13,504 bases of DNA from Nitrospirota bacterium (lineage in GTDB: Bacteria; Nitrospirota; UBA9217): NCBI GenBank assembly GCA_963845065.1, contig CAWJQQ010000012.1:1-13504 (forward strand), written 5' to 3'. Positions 1-7,798 of the stretch are shown piece after piece. Position numbers and translations under genes: made by a program. The first letter of the stretch is position 1, and each line of letters starts with the position of its first letter. Under the pieces are notes generated by a model that was not told the origin of the DNA, did not search any database, and was given only the letters and a program-made list of their open reading frames with translations.

Positions 1-49
1 ATTAAAAATCAATGCGGAATACAGTTTGAAACTTGCTACCATAACTGTA

Positions 50-1240
50 TCAAATTTTGAGCCACCCTCTCCTAAGAGCATTGTCCATGATCACACCCGC
101 AAGAAAAGCCACCCCCATATTCCACATAGCAACAGCTGCTACGATGATCATGACGTAAAAATCGGCTTTCTTATTTCCGATGTCTTTTACCACGATGGCT
201 AACTCCGAGCCCGCAAAGAACAGGATCACCCCAAGAATCGCATTCGGGAATATCTTGAAGATGATAGAAACGAAATCGCTGAAAAACAGCGCGAACAAAA
301 TAAGTATGGTTCCGAGAATAACGAGCGCACCGCCTGTTTTTGCGCCGAAGCGAACATGCCCTGCCATACCACCGGCCCCATGACACATCGGAATACCGCC
401 AAAGAACGGAGCCACCAGGTTCATGATACCTTGAGAAATGGCGATCTTCTTCTCTGTCACCGGCCTGTCGGGAAAATGCTCATTGTTCTCGGCGGTGATC
501 GCTATTACCGCGTTACCCAGGGTCAATGGTATCTGGGGAATGGTGAAAAGCAATGTCCCCGTAATGAGATCATTCCAGGTAATCATAGGCAGGCTAAAAA
601 CCGGCAGGTTGAATCCGATATGAAGCTTGGCCAATTCCGAGAGTATTTGAGGGTTTATGATAACAGCGGATACGACACCGATGATGAGGAGTATGAACAT
701 GGCCGGTACCTTCGGGTTGGTGAGTAGCAGGTATGTGACAACAAGGGCGATACCCGCGAGCACCGGCGATGTTGTCATTCGGTGAACGCCATCGACCATA
801 AAGGTGAGCCCCAGCCCCAGCATAATGCCGCGAACGACGGGTTTGGTCGCAAGTTTGGTGATCGGCCTGATAATCCCCGTAACACCTGCAAATAGCCAGA
901 AAAGTCCCGTGGTGAGGCCTGATCCGTAAAGGGCTGCAGGGCTTATGCCTCCGGCGATTGCTGCAGCGCCGATGGCTTTCATGGGCTGGATCGGAATAGG
1001 AGTTCGGTAATAGAGCCCTGATGCCAAAAGCGTAATGCCGAACATGAACAGAAGTCCGAGGGGCGGCATCTTCACGATGGTGATATAGGCAACAACAAAG
1101 GGGATCAGCGTCCCGACATCCCCAAATGCCCCTGCCCATTCCATCCGGTTGTAAAGGTTCTTCGGCTTTGCTCCGACAGCGCCCACCTCGGCCTTACCTT
1201 CAGCATCCTTAACCGCAACAACCTTTGTTTCCGGCTCCAT
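50..1240 (-). CDS. MOT1-family putative molybdate/sulfate transporter (396 aa)
   Basis: Highly hydrophobic protein with MOT1-type motifs GAFGDVGT, PIPIQPMKAIGAAA and FGGIPMCHGAGGMAGHVRFGAK. A strong SD (AAGGAGGT) lies 9 nt before the ATG. Confidence 0.88.
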   Translation of the reverse strand: MEPETKVVAVKDAEGKAEVGAVGAKPKNLYNRMEWAGAFGDVGTLIPFVVAYITIVKMPPLGLLFMFGITLLASGLYYRTPIPIQPMKAIGAAAIAGGISPAALYGSGLTTGLFWLFAGVTGIIRPITKLATKPVVRGIMLGLGLTFMVDGVHRMTTSPVLAGIALVVTYLLLTNPKVPAMFILLIIGVVSAVIINPQILSELAKLHIGFNLPVFSLPMITWNDLITGTLLFTIPQIPLTLGNAVIAITAENNEHFPDRPVTEKKIAISQGIMNLVAPFFGGIPMCHGAGGMAGHVRFGAKTGGALVILGTILILFALFFSDFVSIIFKIFPNAILGVILFFAGSELAIVVKDIGNKKADFYVMIIVAAVAMWNMGVAFLAGVIMDNALRRGWLKI

Positions 1241-1319
1241 AATGAGAATACCTCCTTATTCAATATAACTTTCTCACGATTTCATTGTTATGTCCGGCGA
1301 TATTCCAGGGCAATACGAT

Positions 1320-1766
1320 CTATCTGCTATTTGTTGCGCTTCTCTCTCCGTGGACGCCGAGCCCGCCTTTTTCAAACTCGGTCCGGATCACCTCATAGAA
1401 CTCCTTCTTCTGCTCCGGATTGAGTAGTTTCTTTTCCTGGAGAATGTGGTCGATCACTTCTTGTTCAAGCTGTGCCTGGAGCGCCGAGATCTCGTTGCTT
1501 TTTTCCGCGATCAACTTCAAATCCGGGGACTCGGTAAATAAAAGGTCATTCAGCTTAAGCCTGTTGTCACGTAGCGACTGCCGGATTCCTGCCACCTTCG
1601 GCAGGAAATCCCTGCGGATGTCTTCGACCTGCCGCTTCTGCTCATTGTTCAAGGCGATGAGGTCAAGATAACCTCTAATGGGCTTTTGGCGCATTCCTGC
1701 GATAAGCCTGACAAAGAGCTGAATAATGATAATTGCCGAAAGCAGGATCAGTAGAATATCTTTCAA
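1320..1766 (-). CDS. Spy/CpxP-like (heavy-metal-sensor family) membrane-anchored periplasmic protein, cassette B (148 aa)
   Basis: N-terminal hydrophobic anchor, helical body and two LTxxQ-like motifs (LNNEQ, LNPEQ). The TTG start overlaps the anti-sigma TGA (TTGA) and has a GGGGGT SD-like sequence upstream. Confidence 0.8.
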   Translation of the reverse strand: MKDILLILLSAIIIIQLFVRLIAGMRQKPIRGYLDLIALNNEQKRQVEDIRRDFLPKVAGIRQSLRDNRLKLNDLLFTESPDLKLIAEKSNEISALQAQLEQEVIDHILQEKKLLNPEQKKEFYEVIRTEFEKGGLGVHGERSATNSR

Positions 1767-2191
1767 TTGCCACCCCCTTGTATGAACGTAAGGTAAACAT
1801 CCGCAAATGATCCTGGAGGAGAGTCGTCAAAAGTACGCAGATACCCACGCGAAGAAAGATTCTTCCTTCCAACAAAGCCGTATCCGACAGGGGCAAAGAC
1901 AAATACCACTGCGCTGCGCACAAAGGAAATCGCTGGCTTGAAGAAGAGATTGTTCCAGAAGGAGTGTCGCGTTATGACTGCGGCCTTGTTGACGGTTGTC
2001 TGCACAAATGTCAGCGAAGGGGTTACTTCAGGGATGCTCCCAAATAATACGCCGAGCCGATGAAGAGCTTCCGCCTCACGTGCGCAAGAGGTACAAGTCT
2101 TAAGATGCTCCTCCATCAATAAACGCTCTTCGGAGGAAAGTTCGTTGTCGGTCAATGCCGATAACTTATCTTTATAGTAGTCGCAGTTCAT
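1763..2191 (-). CDS. Zinc-finger (zf-HC2/ZAS) anti-sigma factor, cassette B (142 aa)
   Basis: MNC…LSALTDNEL…HLKTCTSC (HxxxCxxC), a moderately hydrophobic putative TM segment, and a position directly downstream of an ECF sigma gene. Confidence 0.85.
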   Translation of the reverse strand: MNCDYYKDKLSALTDNELSSEERLLMEEHLKTCTSCAREAEALHRLGVLFGSIPEVTPSLTFVQTTVNKAAVITRHSFWNNLFFKPAISFVRSAVVFVFAPVGYGFVGRKNLSSRGYLRTFDDSPPGSFADVYLTFIQGGGN

Positions 2192-2200
2192 TCTATATGT

Positions 2201-2230
2201 TTAAACACGGATCTCAGGAAAAACCTTCGG
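2201..2230 (-). promoter_or_regulatory. Candidate ECF promoter CCGAAG-N18-GTTTAA upstream of anti-sigma B
   Basis: Minus strand reads CCGAAGgtttttcctgagatccgtGTTTAA, ending 9 nt before the ATG at 2191. The same AAG-N18-GTTTAA geometry recurs at 2825..2854. Confidence 0.5.
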
Positions 2231-2246
2231 TATGGTGAAAATATAT

Positions 2247-2807
2247 TTAAAGGTGGGCGGAAAGTGACTTTTTCAGGTTTTGCCACGCCCGCTGGATCAG
2301 GGATTCGACCGCGGATGTTGTGATGCCCATTATCTTGCTGATCTCATTATAAGAGAAGTCATTGTATTGCCTCAAAAGTATTGCTACCCTCTGATTTTCC
2401 GGAAGGTTACGGATAGCCTTGCGAACAGCCGCACTCAGCTCGGCATTTTCGGCGGCCTTTTGAGGCGAGTAAGCCTCAGTAGCATTAACAGGATATTCTT
2501 GTTCATGCAAGTCTGATATATCGACAAAATTGGGAATGCTTTTACTGTCCCTTATGTCATTTAAACACAGGTTCGTGGCTATGGTAAAAAGCCAGGTTTT
2601 GAATTTTGCCTGCGGCTTGTAGTCCTTTGCGGCTTTAAATACTCTCAAAAATACTTCCTGGGCGATATCCTCCGCTGAATCCTTGTCTCCCGTAAACCGT
2701 GCTATAAAACTTATGAGAGATTTGTGGTGGAGTTCAACGATGGTCTGGAATGCCGCCAGATCCCCCTTGGCAACTTCTGTCATTGTTTTTGCTTCAGGCT
2801 CATTCAT
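2247..2807 (-). CDS. ECF (sigma-70 group 4) RNA polymerase sigma factor, cassette B (186 aa)
   Basis: Region 2 motifs AEDIAQEVFLRV and FKTWLFTIATNLC. Region 4 reads LPENQRVAILL…SYNEISKIMG…AVESLIQRA. Confidence 0.93.
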   Translation of the reverse strand: MNEPEAKTMTEVAKGDLAAFQTIVELHHKSLISFIARFTGDKDSAEDIAQEVFLRVFKAAKDYKPQAKFKTWLFTIATNLCLNDIRDSKSIPNFVDISDLHEQEYPVNATEAYSPQKAAENAELSAAVRKAIRNLPENQRVAILLRQYNDFSYNEISKIMGITTSAVESLIQRAWQNLKKSLSAHL

Positions 2808-2824
2808 CTGCGCTCAATTCTGTC

Positions 2825-2854
2825 TTAAACGGCACAACGAATCAAGTGCTTTGA
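2825..2854 (-). promoter_or_regulatory. Candidate autoregulatory ECF promoter TCAAAG-N18-GTTTAA upstream of sigma B
   Basis: Lies between the terminator and the sigma B ATG, with the same AAG-N18-GTTTAA spacing as 2201..2230. Confidence 0.35.
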
Positions 2855-2862
2855 TAACGCAC

Positions 2863-2894
2863 AAAAAAGGGCGGGATTTTCCGCTCCCACCCTT
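2863..2894 (-). terminator. Intrinsic (Rho-independent) terminator downstream of the selenocytochrome gene
   Basis: Minus strand AAGGGTGGGA-gcggaaaa-TCCCGCCC-TTTTTT gives an 8-bp GC-rich stem (one U-G pair) followed by a 6-U tract. Confidence 0.85.
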
Positions 2895-2913
2895 GTCAGT
2901 TCAATTCAAGAAA

Positions 2914-3087
2914 TTATTTATCATCGTCGGCGTGGGAACGCTTGTCCCATGTCATTCCGTGCAATTTTGCTGTGCCATGATCCTGTGTCCATGACATATG
3001 TCCAATTGGCTTTGGAAACATGCAGCACAGGGGGGAGAATCCTGTATTCCACCAGCTTCTGGCGCAGCAATGGGTCAGAGGTGTCAT
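2914..3087 (-). CDS. Possible 57-aa Cys/His/Trp-rich small protein (not in the ORF track)
   Basis: The ATG directly follows the cytochrome TAA (TAAATG). It reads MTPLTHCCARSWWNTGFSPLCCMFPKPIGHMSWTQDHGTAKLHGMTWDKRSHADDDK and stops 19 nt before the terminator. No family recognised. Confidence 0.25.
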   Translation of the reverse strand: MTPLTHCCARSWWNTGFSPLCCMFPKPIGHMSWTQDHGTAKLHGMTWDKRSHADDDK

Positions 3088-4404
3088 TTACACCCCACTC
3101 TTTTCAATACTCACTTTCTTCGTGACTTTCTGCCATGTGAACTGTCCGCTCTCTTTGGTGCCGAAGGGCAGATACATGAGCTCCACGTCTAGGGTCATGT
3201 CGTAGTCCAGAACCGTGGTTACGTCCTTTCCGTCCTTTTTTGAGAATTCCGCAGGGAAAGGAATGTCGAAATTCTCGTTTACGGGGCGATTGGGCGGCAG
3301 ACTCGTGTCGCGGAGGATGCCGCTCTTTTCATAGGGCCCGCGGCCCATCTTGTCGCCGCGGCCGAGCTGCAGGGGAGTAGGCATGTATATTTTCGACTGC
3401 TTGAATACCTCTTTGCCTTTACTGTCTTTCGCGGTCACTTCCAGGACCAGCCGGTTGGGAGTTGGTCAGCCGTCCGGTATGCCGTGGCCCGCTCTGTTGA
3501 TCATCTCTACCTTCACGACTGCCTGCGGGACCATCCGTGAGCCGTCACGCCACTGATATCCCATGGCCTCGACTTTGAAGTCCACGGCAGCTTTGGTCAT
3601 GCCGGGATCGCGATAGCTCTGCATGTTGTGGCCGAGATTGCTCTTCTTCATATGGCAGTCCTGGCACTTTTCCTGCCCGCCTTCTGCGCGGTAGGCCATA
3701 TTATAGCTTGCATACTGCATGGCGCATTGCGAGGGATTCTCAAGCTCGAAGTTCGGACCCAGTCCGTGGCACTGTCCGCAGAGAATTGATTCGTCCATGA
3801 TTAGGCTTGTCTTCATCTTCGGATGGGCCGGGTCGGCGTGTTCGCCGGTTTTGAATCCGTAGACCGTGTCTTTTTCAGGAAAGCCATCTACCCATTTGTG
3901 GATTATGGCGTTCCGCTGATGGCAGATGAGACAGTTGATGTTTACCTTCGAAAGTGTCGCGATGGCCTTGTTCCTCGCCTCATCGCTCACAGCGGGGTCC
4001 GTGTAGATGAACACCTTCTTTACGATCTCCCTGGCCACGTCATCGGTCGCCTCAGCGAGCTGCGGGAGATGGCATTTCGCGCAGATCATGAGATGTTTGA
4101 TTTGCACGTCCTCGGGCTTCTTCACGCCGGAATACTTCCATCCCATGAGCCCGACGGTCACCGTCGTCTTGATGGTGGCTGCGGTCCGGACGGTTCCGAA
4201 GATCGACCGGGAGTGGATCGATTTCGCCCAGTCGTTGTAAATCCCTTCATGGCACTCCTTGCACTTTGACGAGTCGTACATCGCGGCAAGCTCGTCGATG
4301 GTTGTTGCTTTATTTAACTCCGCGCCATAGGCATTCCCGAATGGGAGGGATGCAACGGGTAAAGAGAGGAGTACAAGCATTGCCATACCTCTTAAAATAC
4401 TCAT
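3088..4404 (-). CDS. extKL: Exported pentaheme c-type cytochrome selenoprotein, ExtKL-like (438 aa, Sec at codon 313, TGA at 3466..3468)
   Basis: SD GAAAGGAG, signal peptide ending AYG/A, five CxxCH motifs (residues 48, 108, 158, 209, 247) and a lone Cys227. The frame continues …GHGIPDG-TGA-PTPNRLVLEVTAKDSK… in phase with track ORF 3088..3438 (27-nt offset, no other stop). A SECIS-like hairpin follows the TGA. Confidence 0.9.
3431..3451 (-). promoter_or_regulatory. Bacterial SECIS-like mRNA hairpin, +15 to +35 after the UGA
   Basis: GC(U)GGUC-CU-GGA-AG(U)-GACCGC folds by hand into an 8-bp stem with two bulged U residues. Its G-starting apical loop begins 24 nt after the UGA. Confidence 0.72.
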
Positions 4405-4643
4405 AAAAATACTCCTTTCATACAGACATGCATCAATCAGATGAATCCTTTACCAGACTTCGCTTCCGCTTCCGTGTTTTCCTTCTTTTTTTGGCATATT
4501 GATTCTTTTCTATGCCCGGAAAATCGCTTCCGTTTTCCAAATTTGCTTACATCCTCCTTCAGTATTGAATTTACTATTTATTTTTCAGGTTAGCATTTTT
4601 ATCAATATGGCCAGATACCATCTTATATGCGTTTACACTATTG

Positions 4644-5864
4644 TTATTCAGACCGTAATGCATAAATCGGATCCAGCTCAGCGGCTTTCTTAGCTGGATA
4701 TATGCCGAAAAACAAGCCAATACCTGCAGAGAAAATGAAAGCCATAACGACTGATACGATTGATACGCTAGTCGGTAGCTCGGAAGTCCATCCGATGATG
4801 AATGACCCAATAACACCGATCACAGCACCGATGATGCCTCCCACAATGCTTAGCACCAATGCTTCCATGAGGAACTGGAGCAGGATGTCCTTCCTGCGCG
4901 CTCCGACCGCTCGGCGAAGGCCTATCTCCATGATGCGCTCTTTAATCGAGATGAGCATGATTGCGAGGATGCCGACGCCACCGACCAGCAATGATACAGC
5001 GGCGATACCGCCCAAAAGCATAGTGAAGGTCTCGGACGTTTCCTGCTCCGCACGAAGGATGTCCATCTGGTTCTGGATGCTGAAATCATCTTCCTTGCCG
5101 GGCTTCAAATGATGACGCTCTCGGAGAATCGCGGAAATGTCACTTACTGCCTTGTCCATAAGCGTTTCGTCGCGCACGGAAACGTAAACGTTGTTCACAT
5201 AGATAACGTTCATGAGCCTGCGCATTACCGTTGTTATCGGAATAAGGATAAGGTCATCATCGTCCTGCCCGATAGCGTTCACGCCTTTTTCTTCAAGCAC
5301 ACCGATGACCTCGAAAGGAACATTGTTGATACGGATAATTTCTCCTATGGGGTCCGCATCCTCGAAAATGTTCCTCACGATGGTCTTCCCGATAACAGCG
5401 ACGCGCATCGCAGCCTTCACTTCATCATCGGTAAAAAATCGACCTGTGGCAGGCCGGAAATTACGTATTTCAGGAAAATCCGGGGTGGTGCCGGAGACAA
5501 CCGTAGTGGTGCTTGCTTCACCGTACTTGACGAGAAACTTCTTCCCCTGAAACGGCGCAACACGGACAATTGCCGTGGATTCAGATGCCAGAGCCTCGGC
5601 GTCACGCACCGTAAGCGTCGAGATGTTCCCGGTCTGCCTCGGCCTGCTAGCGATAATCCGCACTTTTCCTGCAGTGACAATTATGAGGTTTGAACCGAGG
5701 CCCTGAATCTTCTTAAGGACCGCCTCCTGCGCACCCCTGCCAATGGCGACCATGAGGACCACGGCGGACACGCCAATCACGATACCGACCACGGCAAGGG
5801 CTGTCCGCATCTTGCGCGCTCCAAGGGTCTTAAGCGCGATTGTTGTGCCCTTGATCAGCTTCAT
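4644..5864 (-). CDS. MacB/FtsX-family ABC transporter permease 2 (406 aa)
   Basis: RTALAVVGIVIGV N-terminal TM, a large periplasmic domain (GRFF…VAVIG), and C-terminal LLVGGVGI…ERIMEIGLRRAVGA…YPAKKAAELDPIYALRSE. SD AGGAGG. Confidence 0.93.
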   Translation of the reverse strand: MKLIKGTTIALKTLGARKMRTALAVVGIVIGVSAVVLMVAIGRGAQEAVLKKIQGLGSNLIIVTAGKVRIIASRPRQTGNISTLTVRDAEALASESTAIVRVAPFQGKKFLVKYGEASTTTVVSGTTPDFPEIRNFRPATGRFFTDDEVKAAMRVAVIGKTIVRNIFEDADPIGEIIRINNVPFEVIGVLEEKGVNAIGQDDDDLILIPITTVMRRLMNVIYVNNVYVSVRDETLMDKAVSDISAILRERHHLKPGKEDDFSIQNQMDILRAEQETSETFTMLLGGIAAVSLLVGGVGILAIMLISIKERIMEIGLRRAVGARRKDILLQFLMEALVLSIVGGIIGAVIGVIGSFIIGWTSELPTSVSIVSVVMAFIFSAGIGLFFGIYPAKKAAELDPIYALRSE

Positions 5865-5886
5865 GGATTTTGAGCTCCCTCCTGCG

Positions 5887-7104
5887 CTATCCTTTCAGTG
5901 CATCAACCGGGTCCATCTCAGCTGCTTTTTTAGCCGGGTGAATGCCAGCAAGCACACCCGCAATAGCTGAAAAGATAAAACCGAGTATGAACGGTTCCCA
6001 TGACAACAAGGCTGGCATTTTACCCTTGCTCAGTATCGGTAAGAGTACTGCCACCGCGAGCCCCACCAGCACGCCGATCAGGCCGCCAATCACCGTGATG
6101 AGCGACGACTCTATTAGGAACTGGTTTCTGATATCCCGTTTCCGCGCACCGACCGCCCGCCGGAGACCGATCTCCTTAACACGTTCGCCAACCGAGATGA
6201 GCATGATATTCATGACCACAATCCCACCGACGATAAGCGAGATGAGCGAAACGAGACCGAGAAAGAGATTGAGCGTGCCCGCCATACCCTTTGCCATTTT
6301 GCTAACGGAATATGCTCCCCTTACGCGATAATCCTCAGGGAATCCCGGTTGTATGTGGTGCCGTTCCTTGAGAAGGGCAGCTGTATCGTTCTCAATTTTT
6401 TCTACCTGGTTCGGATCAGCGGCTGCCAGCCGGATCAGGCTTATATAAGGAGTATTGAACACCCTCCGGGAAGCAGTGGTGTAGGGGATTACGACGCGGC
6501 TATCCATGTCCATACCCATGGGGCTGATCCCACGGGAAGCCAGCACACCAATAACTTTAAAGTTCACATTCTCGATCTTGATGTTTGTTCCAATGGGATC
6601 GGTGGAGCCATACAGCTCATTGACAACGGTCTTACCGACCACCGCGACTCTGGCCATGCTTGCCATGTCTTCTTCGGAGAAATAATCTCCGCTCTCTACG
6701 GACCATTCCCAAGCGTCGCCATAGTTCGTCGTACCGCCGTAAATCACCGTATTTGTGTTTTTATCTTCGTATATAACAGTGCGCTCGACTCGGGTAAGAG
6801 CCGTGTCCATGGATCTGATGCCATGGATCTCCTGCATGATGGCTTGGGCATCTTCGAGCGTCAGAGTATTAACCTTCTCATCAGGAGGTCCCATTACTTT
6901 TCCTCCTCCCGCGAACACCACAACCGCGTCCGCTCCGAAGTTTTGCACGGTTTTCATAACCTTGGCGCTGGCCCCTTTGCCTACTGAGACAATAACCGTC
7001 AGCGTGGTGATGCCGATAATTATGCCCAGCATCATGAGAAAGGTCCGCATTTTATTCAAGCCCATCGCCCGCAGGGCGAGTTTAACGGTCTTTGCCTGTT
7101 TCAT
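5887..7104 (-). CDS. MacB/FtsX-family ABC transporter permease 1 (405 aa)
   Basis: RTFLMMLGIIIGI; LIVGGIVVMNIMLISVGERVKEIGLRRAVGA; PAKKAAEMDPVDAL. The start is coupled to the ATPase stop (TAATG). SD AAGGAGG. Confidence 0.93.
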   Translation of the reverse strand: MKQAKTVKLALRAMGLNKMRTFLMMLGIIIGITTLTVIVSVGKGASAKVMKTVQNFGADAVVVFAGGGKVMGPPDEKVNTLTLEDAQAIMQEIHGIRSMDTALTRVERTVIYEDKNTNTVIYGGTTNYGDAWEWSVESGDYFSEEDMASMARVAVVGKTVVNELYGSTDPIGTNIKIENVNFKVIGVLASRGISPMGMDMDSRVVIPYTTASRRVFNTPYISLIRLAAADPNQVEKIENDTAALLKERHHIQPGFPEDYRVRGAYSVSKMAKGMAGTLNLFLGLVSLISLIVGGIVVMNIMLISVGERVKEIGLRRAVGARKRDIRNQFLIESSLITVIGGLIGVLVGLAVAVLLPILSKGKMPALLSWEPFILGFIFSAIAGVLAGIHPAKKAAEMDPVDALKG

Positions 7105-7784
7105 TATGCCACCCTCCTTTCGTCGCTCACGATCTTGCCGTCGCGCATCCTGATGATCCGGCTGGCGTGCTGCGCGATCTCGTCGGAGTGCGTTACCATG
7201 ACGATGGTTCTGCCATCCTTATGAAGCTTGTCGAAGATAGACATAACTTCCGTGCTCGACGCGGTGTCCAGGTTTCCCGTGGGCTCGTCGGCGAGCAGGA
7301 TGCTTGGATCCGCCACGAGTGCCCGTGCAATGGCTACGCGCTGCTGCTGCCCACCCGAGAGCTCACTCGGCACGTAGTTCACCCGGTCGCCAAGGCCAAC
7401 CTCCTCAAGCGCCCTTGAAGCCAGCGCATTCATGTCCAGTTCATCCGTACTGTAGATGAGGGGAAGCTGCACGTTCTCGATTGCCGTAGTCCGAGGTAGA
7501 AGATTGAACGACTGGAACACAAACCCGATCTTCTTATTCCTGACGGAGGAAAGGGCATCATCTTCCATTTTCTCGACTTCGATGCCGTCCAGGCGGTACT
7601 CTCCGGTGCTCGGCCGGTCCAAGCAGCCGATGATGTTCATAAGCGTGCTCTTGCCCATGCCTGATGGCGCCATGATGGCTACGTATTCGCCCTTATCTAT
7701 CTTGAGCGAGACACCCTGAAGCACCTTCACTTCCATGCCTCCGCTCTTTCGATATGTCTTGGTGATATCCTTTAGATCGATCAT
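7104..7784 (-). CDS. MacB/LolD-family ABC transporter ATP-binding protein (226 aa)
   Basis: Walker [16 protein letters not shown]-loop, signature LSGGQQQR, Walker [13 protein letters not shown] and H-loop VTH. Start moved from the track's 7829 to the ATG at 7784 (MIDLKDI), which follows SD GGGAGG. Confidence 0.93.
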   Translation of the reverse strand: MIDLKDITKTYRKSGGMEVKVLQGVSLKIDKGEYVAIMAPSGMGKSTLMNIIGCLDRPSTGEYRLDGIEVEKMEDDALSSVRNKKIGFVFQSFNLLPRTTAIENVQLPLIYSTDELDMNALASRALEEVGLGDRVNYVPSELSGGQQQRVAIARALVADPSILLADEPTGNLDTASSTEVMSIFDKLHKDGRTIVMVTHSDEIAQHASRIIRMRDGKIVSDERRVA

Positions 7785-7798
7785 CGTTTCCTCCCTTA

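Noticed and set aside
19..50. Inverted repeat ATACAGTT-N16-AACTGTAT just after the MOT1 stop
   Set aside because: AT-rich stem with a long loop and no clear U-tract. The half-sites are in the wrong orientation for a LexA box, and the context is cut by the window edge.
2960..2977. Sigma-54-like TGGCAC…TTGCA on the minus strand
   Set aside because: The GG-to-GC spacing is 12 nt rather than the required 10, and it points into a terminator.
3088..3438. Stand-alone 116-aa ORF, or a nonsense pseudogene reading of the cytochrome
   Set aside because: It is in frame with the upstream ORF, has no good SD, and a SECIS-like hairpin follows the single TGA. It is better explained as the C-terminal part of a selenoprotein.
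4394..4414. Direct repeat GAGTATTTT covering the SD and start codon of the cytochrome gene
   Set aside because: Short, AT-rich and partly forced by the SD and ATG. There is no independent support for a binding site.
4493..4538. Tandem hairpins as a cyclic-dinucleotide (GEMM) riboswitch or a terminator
   Set aside because: The conserved GEMM sequence elements are not recognisable, and there is no downstream U-tract on either strand.
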